A stretch of DNA of 46,849 bases from the NCBI GenBank assembly GCA_021162205.1, contig JAGGZE010000070.1, positions 1 to 46,849 on the forward strand, written 5' to 3'. Of this stretch, positions 43,311-46,849 are shown piece by piece. A model generated the notes under the pieces. The model searched no databases, was not told the origin of the DNA, and was given only the letters and a program-made list of their open reading frames with translations. The DNA comes from a bacterium. GTDB lineage: Bacteria; UBP14; UBA6098; B30-G16. The position numbers and the translations under genes were made by a program. Position 1 is the stretch's first letter. Every line of letters starts with the position of its first letter.

Positions 43311-44522
43311 ATGCTACCTATCGATTATCTAAAAGAGTTATCGTTCGTCAGAATGGGTGGAAGCGAAATGGAACACAAAGCCGCTAATCTCATTGCTGGT
43401 TGGCTCGAGCAGTTCGGTTATAAATCCACTATCGAGGAATTTGAAATCGGCGCATTTAAACCGGGTTCTGGCACACTGAAAACTATCGAACCGAATGGCG
43501 ATGAAGTGCATATCAGTCCTGTGGGACTTTCTGCAAACTGCGATGTCGAGGGCGAACTAATGATTCTCGATATCCCCGAACCTGAATGGGCAGACAAGAA
43601 TAAACTCAAAGATAAAATAGTGCTAATGGCTCACTATCCACGAAGAAAATGGGTAAATTTGCTATATGAATCGGGAGCGAAATGCGGGATTACAGTTGTC
43701 GATGATATTCGAATTAACGCATATATCAAACTCGGTCAAGAAGTTGCGGATGATTTCGGTGATAAATTTGCACTTGCAACAATCGGTTATAAATATGCAA
43801 TCGATTTGGTGAACAAAGGCATCGAGCGTGTAAAAGTCCATACCGAGCAGGAAAAATTCATCGGCAAATCGCACAATGTAATAGCGGAAATTCCCGGCAA
43901 AACCGATAGAACGATTATCCTGACAGCACATTACGATAGCACGCCATCGTCGCCGGGTGCTCAGGACAACGCCGCAGGATGTGTGGAAATGCTCGATATC
44001 GCAAAATCACTCGCAGGTAAAAAATTCGAGCGAACAATAAAATTTATATTTTGCGGTTCTGAGGAAATGGGACTTCTCGGAAGTAAGGCGTTCTCGGAAT
44101 CTCACATCGATGAACTCGATAAAATCGATTTTCTCATCAATTTGGATGTCGGCGGAAATCCATTCAATCCAGTTTTCGCACGAGCATTGGGAACGGAAAA
44201 ATTGCAAAATTTCATCGAGGGATTCGCTCGTTCAAATGGCTTGCCAATAGATGTCTCGCAGAATATTTATTCCAGCGATAGTATGCCATTCGCAAGATTT
44301 GGAATTCCATCGGTCTCGATAGGTCGTGGCGGTATCAGTTCGCGAGGGCATTCGCCATACGATACCACCGATAGAACCTGCAACGAGGCATTGGACGATA
44401 TAGCAAAATATGCACAGCAAATCACCGAAAAAATTGCAGATTCCGAACTGCTGCCATTCCCGCGAAAAATCTCCGAGGAAATGATGAAAAAAGTAAATGA
44501 ATATTTCTCCGGACGAAAATAA
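43311..44522 (+). CDS. M28 family zinc aminopeptidase
   Basis: 'AHYDSTPSSPGAQDNAAGCVEMLDIAKSL' and 'CGSEEMGLLGSKAF' metal-ligand contexts. The ATG at 43311 is preferred to the track TTG at 43215. Confidence 0.85.
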   Translation: MLPIDYLKELSFVRMGGSEMEHKAANLIAGWLEQFGYKSTIEEFEIGAFKPGSGTLKTIEPNGDEVHISPVGLSANCDVEGELMILDIPEPEWADKNKLKDKIVLMAHYPRRKWVNLLYESGAKCGITVVDDIRINAYIKLGQEVADDFGDKFALATIGYKYAIDLVNKGIERVKVHTEQEKFIGKSHNVIAEIPGKTDRTIILTAHYDSTPSSPGAQDNAAGCVEMLDIAKSLAGKKFERTIKFIFCGSEEMGLLGSKAFSESHIDELDKIDFLINLDVGGNPFNPVFARALGTEKLQNFIEGFARSNGLPIDVSQNIYSSDSMPFARFGIPSVSIGRGGISSRGHSPYDTTDRTCNEALDDIAKYAQQITEKIADSELLPFPRKISEEMMKKVNEYFSGRK

Positions 44523-44545
44523 CGGGCGCTCAGCCCGTTTTCTTT
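44521..44545 (+). terminator. Rho-independent terminator after the M28 peptidase gene
   Basis: Stem aacgggc/gcccgtt with loop gctca, followed by ttcttt. Confidence 0.7.
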
Positions 44546-44592
44546 GCACAAGTTTCCTTCAGACAAAGTCGGAATTCCCTCTTGTGCCGCGG
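44540..44592 (+). repeat. copy B of the conserved structured intergenic element
   Basis: ttcttt-gcacaag-TTTCC-ttcagac-aaa-gtcggaa-TTCCCT-cttgtgc-cgcgg. Confidence 0.75.
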
Positions 44593-44918
44593 AATCATAA
44601 TAAGAGTGGAAATGTATTTATTTTGCATCGATAATTGTTAATGTTCCTGCATCAGAAACAGCTAATTATTAGCACAGAGCATACGAACAAAGGCAATGAA
44701 AAAAATGATGATTAAATGATTGCGCAATGAAAAGCGCCAATTGGTGTCCCAATGGGAATTTATCCCGTAATGGCGGGACAATATCTTCGGGAATATATCT
44801 AGTCAGAGCGAGGACGGAAGATGGCAAGACAGTGGTGAGGAAGGCGGTGTATATTCGATAAAATTTTGAACCGGTGATACCATGTGCGTAAAGCAGACAA
44901 TATTTTTTAAAAAAGACC

Positions 44919-44946
44919 TTGACAATAAATGGATTGCATCTATTAT
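44919..44946 (+). promoter_or_regulatory. sigma70-type promoter for the tetR-like gene
   Basis: TTGACA (44919-44924), 16-nt spacer, TATTAT (44941-44946). Confidence 0.55.
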
Positions 44947-44973
44947 TCGACCAAATGAACAAAATGGTCGAAT
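44945..44973 (+). promoter_or_regulatory. palindromic operator overlapping the -10 (probable TetR-family binding site)
   Basis: attcgacca-N11-tggtcgaat, with perfect 9-bp inverted arms. Confidence 0.6.
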
Positions 44974-45000
44974 GTTCTGAACCAATTTCGCTGAACTAAA

Positions 45001-45582
45001 ATGAATGTATATATCGAAAAAAAAGAACTTATCATCAAAACAGCCCAGAAGCTGTTTTCTCGCTTCGGCTTTCTGAAAACAACTGTCGATGAAATAGCGA
45101 AGACAGCTCGAATGGGGAAAGCATCCCTCTATCATTATTTCAAAAGCAAAGAGGATATTTTCCGCGAGGTTGTCGAGAAGGAAAGTCATGTTTTAAGCGG
45201 CAAAACGATGGAGGCAATAGAGCGGGAGAATACTCCGCAGGATAAAATTAAAGCCTTCATTGTAACGAGAATGGAATGTTTGAGTGAATTGGCAAATATC
45301 TATGATGCGCTCAAGAATGAGTATTTAGAACATTATGCATTCATAGAAAAAGCCCGTGAAGCAAACTTTCGCGAGGAAATCGAAACGGTCGAAGCTATTT
45401 TGCAGGATGGAGTAAATGATGGCGTTTTTGAGATAGACGATATTGAATTGACATCTTTTGCGATTATCTCGGCGCTGAAAGGATTGGAATATCCTTGGAC
45501 GATAAAAGTTCCCGAGGATGAGATAGAAAAGAACATCGATAACCTATTGGAGATTTTATTCAACGGGATTGTGAAGCGATAA
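45001..45582 (+). CDS. TetR/AcrR family transcriptional regulator
   Basis: 193 aa with N-terminal HTH 'FGFLKTTVDEIAKTARMGKASLYHYFKSKEDIF'. Confidence 0.9.
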   Translation: MNVYIEKKELIIKTAQKLFSRFGFLKTTVDEIAKTARMGKASLYHYFKSKEDIFREVVEKESHVLSGKTMEAIERENTPQDKIKAFIVTRMECLSELANIYDALKNEYLEHYAFIEKAREANFREEIETVEAILQDGVNDGVFEIDDIELTSFAIISALKGLEYPWTIKVPEDEIEKNIDNLLEILFNGIVKR

Positions 45583-45647
45583 TTTTTTTTGCCGTGAAAT
45601 CGAACAAAAAACCAAAATGGTCTAATCGACTATAAAGGTGGTGACAA

Positions 45648-46772
45648 ATGAGTGTAACAATAACATCAGTTGACGAAAAATGGGAATTGAATGAATTCAT
45701 CGATTTCCCGTGGTTTATCTATCGGAAATATCGTTTCTATAAGAATTGGGTTCCGCCATTAAAAAAAGATATGAAATTCAAATTGAACACTGCAAAACAT
45801 CCTTTCTGGAAACACGCGGAACGACAGCTTTTCCTTGCATATAGAGATGGCCAATTGGTCGGAAGGATTGGCGCTATTATCGACCACAACTACAATGAGC
45901 TATGGGATGAAAAGATGGGCGCATTCGGTTTTTTCGAGTGCATAAACGACCGCAAAGTTGCAAATGCGCTTTTTGATGCTGCTGCAAAATGGCTCGAGGA
46001 CAAAGGAATGAAATTCATGCGCGGTCCGCTATCGCCATCGATGAACGATGAATGCGCATTGCTCATAGATGGATTCGATAGTCCACCCGTGATAATGATG
46101 CCATTCAATCCACTATATTATCCTGAACTTATCGAGCATGCGGGTTTTGCGAAAGCAAAAGACCTTCTCGCATTCTACAAAGATGCATCGATAGGAATTC
46201 CCGAACGATTGCAAAAACTGGCAGCAGCATTGAAACGAAAACACAATGTGTTTATTCGAAAAGTGAATTTCAAAAATCTCGATAGCGAAATGGCGATTAT
46301 AAAAGACCTCTACAATAAGAGCTGGGAGAAGAACTGGGGTTTCTCGCCGATGACCGATGAGGAAATGGATTTAATGGGCAAGGAACTCAAGCCGATTGCT
46401 GTGCCGGAACTCGCGCTTCTCGCTTTTATCAACGGTGAACCAGCAGGAATCGGAATCACAATCCCCGATTATAATCAGGTGCTCAAACATCTCGATGGCA
46501 AACTCGGTCCGATACAAATCGCAAAGGCGCTCAGATTACGAAAGGAAATCGACGGTGTCCGCGCAATGGTTTTCGGGTTCAAGCCACACTTCAGACGGAC
46601 GGGATTGCCGATTCTCCTTTATTGGGAGACCGAACAAGCAGCTCGAAAACTGGGTTATAAGTGGTGTGAACTCTCGTGGAATCTCGAGGATAACGACCTT
46701 ATAAATAAATTCGACAGCGAAATAGGCGGGGAAGTCTATAAGAGATATAGAATATATAAAAAGGAACTCTAA
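45648..46772 (+). CDS. GNAT-like acyltransferase-fold protein of an uncharacterised conserved family
   Basis: 374 aa. 'WVPPLKKDMKFKLNTAKHPFWKHAERQLFLAYRDGQLVGRIGAIIDHNYN...GFFECIND' matches a widespread family annotated as N-acetyltransferase. SD aaggtgg. Confidence 0.65.
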   Translation: MSVTITSVDEKWELNEFIDFPWFIYRKYRFYKNWVPPLKKDMKFKLNTAKHPFWKHAERQLFLAYRDGQLVGRIGAIIDHNYNELWDEKMGAFGFFECINDRKVANALFDAAAKWLEDKGMKFMRGPLSPSMNDECALLIDGFDSPPVIMMPFNPLYYPELIEHAGFAKAKDLLAFYKDASIGIPERLQKLAAALKRKHNVFIRKVNFKNLDSEMAIIKDLYNKSWEKNWGFSPMTDEEMDLMGKELKPIAVPELALLAFINGEPAGIGITIPDYNQVLKHLDGKLGPIQIAKALRLRKEIDGVRAMVFGFKPHFRRTGLPILLYWETEQAARKLGYKWCELSWNLEDNDLINKFDSEIGGEVYKRYRIYKKEL

Positions 46773-46786
46773 CACGGAGGTATGAA

Positions 46787-46849
46787 ATGTTCGACACAAT
46801 CAAAAAAGGGCTTTATCTCGGGTTTGGTGCAATCGCCATAACCAAGGAA
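46787..46849 (+). CDS. phasin-like protein (COG3937-type), 5' fragment truncated by the window edge
   Basis: ATG preceded by ggagg. 'MFDTIKKGLYLGFGAIAITKE' resembles the N-terminus of PHA-regulator/phasin-like proteins. Only 21 codons are visible. Confidence 0.45.
   Translation, partial: MFDTIKKGLYLGFGAIAITKE

Noticed and set aside
44669-45189. Minus-strand ORFs 44669-44962 and 44803-45189.
   Set aside because: The second is antisense to the well-supported tetR gene. Both cross the tetR promoter/operator and have no SD or recognisable similarity.
760-46799. The many 60-180-aa ORFs in the track that lie antisense or out of frame inside long conserved genes. Examples: 760-1098, 1515-1937, 8219-8611, 14011-14406, 15719-16240, 25761-26470, 34636-35718, 40552-41060.
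   Set aside because: Each is fully embedded in a longer ORF with clear family motifs. They have low-complexity or Arg/Ser-rich translations, no SD and no recognisable similarity, so they are shadow ORFs.

Overview
AT-rich bacterial chromosomal window, almost fully coding. My hand counts give 37-41 G+C per 100 nt in coding samples.

- **102-11972 (minus):** the 5' part of a division/cell-wall (dcw) cluster, mraZ-rsmH-ftsL-ftsI-murE-murF-(small ORF)-mraY-murD-ftsW-murG. It has a recognisable Pmra promoter and three GTGGGG MraZ-type boxes.
- **12151-24229:** a UbiA-type prenyltransferase fusion, hslV (no hslU nearby), tRNA-Arg(CCG), and a glycine-cleavage operon gcvH-gcvPA...gcvPB. The operon is interrupted by a 6.1-kb four-gene envelope module: two DUF3857/transglutaminase-like paralogues, a small membrane protein and an S41 C-terminal processing protease.
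- **24230-25739:** a small accessory islet with 31-nt direct repeats, a hicBA toxin-antitoxin pair and a 0.64-kb GC-rich, ORF-poor spacer.
- **25740-42882 (minus):** comEA, a prepilin-like gene, pilM-like, pilO-like and a 912-aa outer-membrane protein (PorP/SprF-like barrel plus OmpA domains) where a secretin would normally sit. Then a HExxH protein, an aminotransferase, a polytopic membrane protein, a secreted GNDxY-repeat protein, a 1158-aa single-chain type IIG restriction-modification enzyme, ogt, prfB (programmed +1 frameshift, split by the ORF track) and a DedA/YqaA-like protein.
- **Right end (plus):** an M28 peptidase, a TetR regulator with a palindromic operator, a GNAT-like protein and a partial phasin-like gene.

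The most unusual non-genic signal is a three-copy two-hairpin intergenic element whose stems co-vary while its unpaired pyrimidine tracts stay invariant. I recognised no rRNA, CRISPR array, transposase or integrase. The PorP/SprF-like domain hints at an FCB-group-like or related uncultivated lineage; this is a weak inference.
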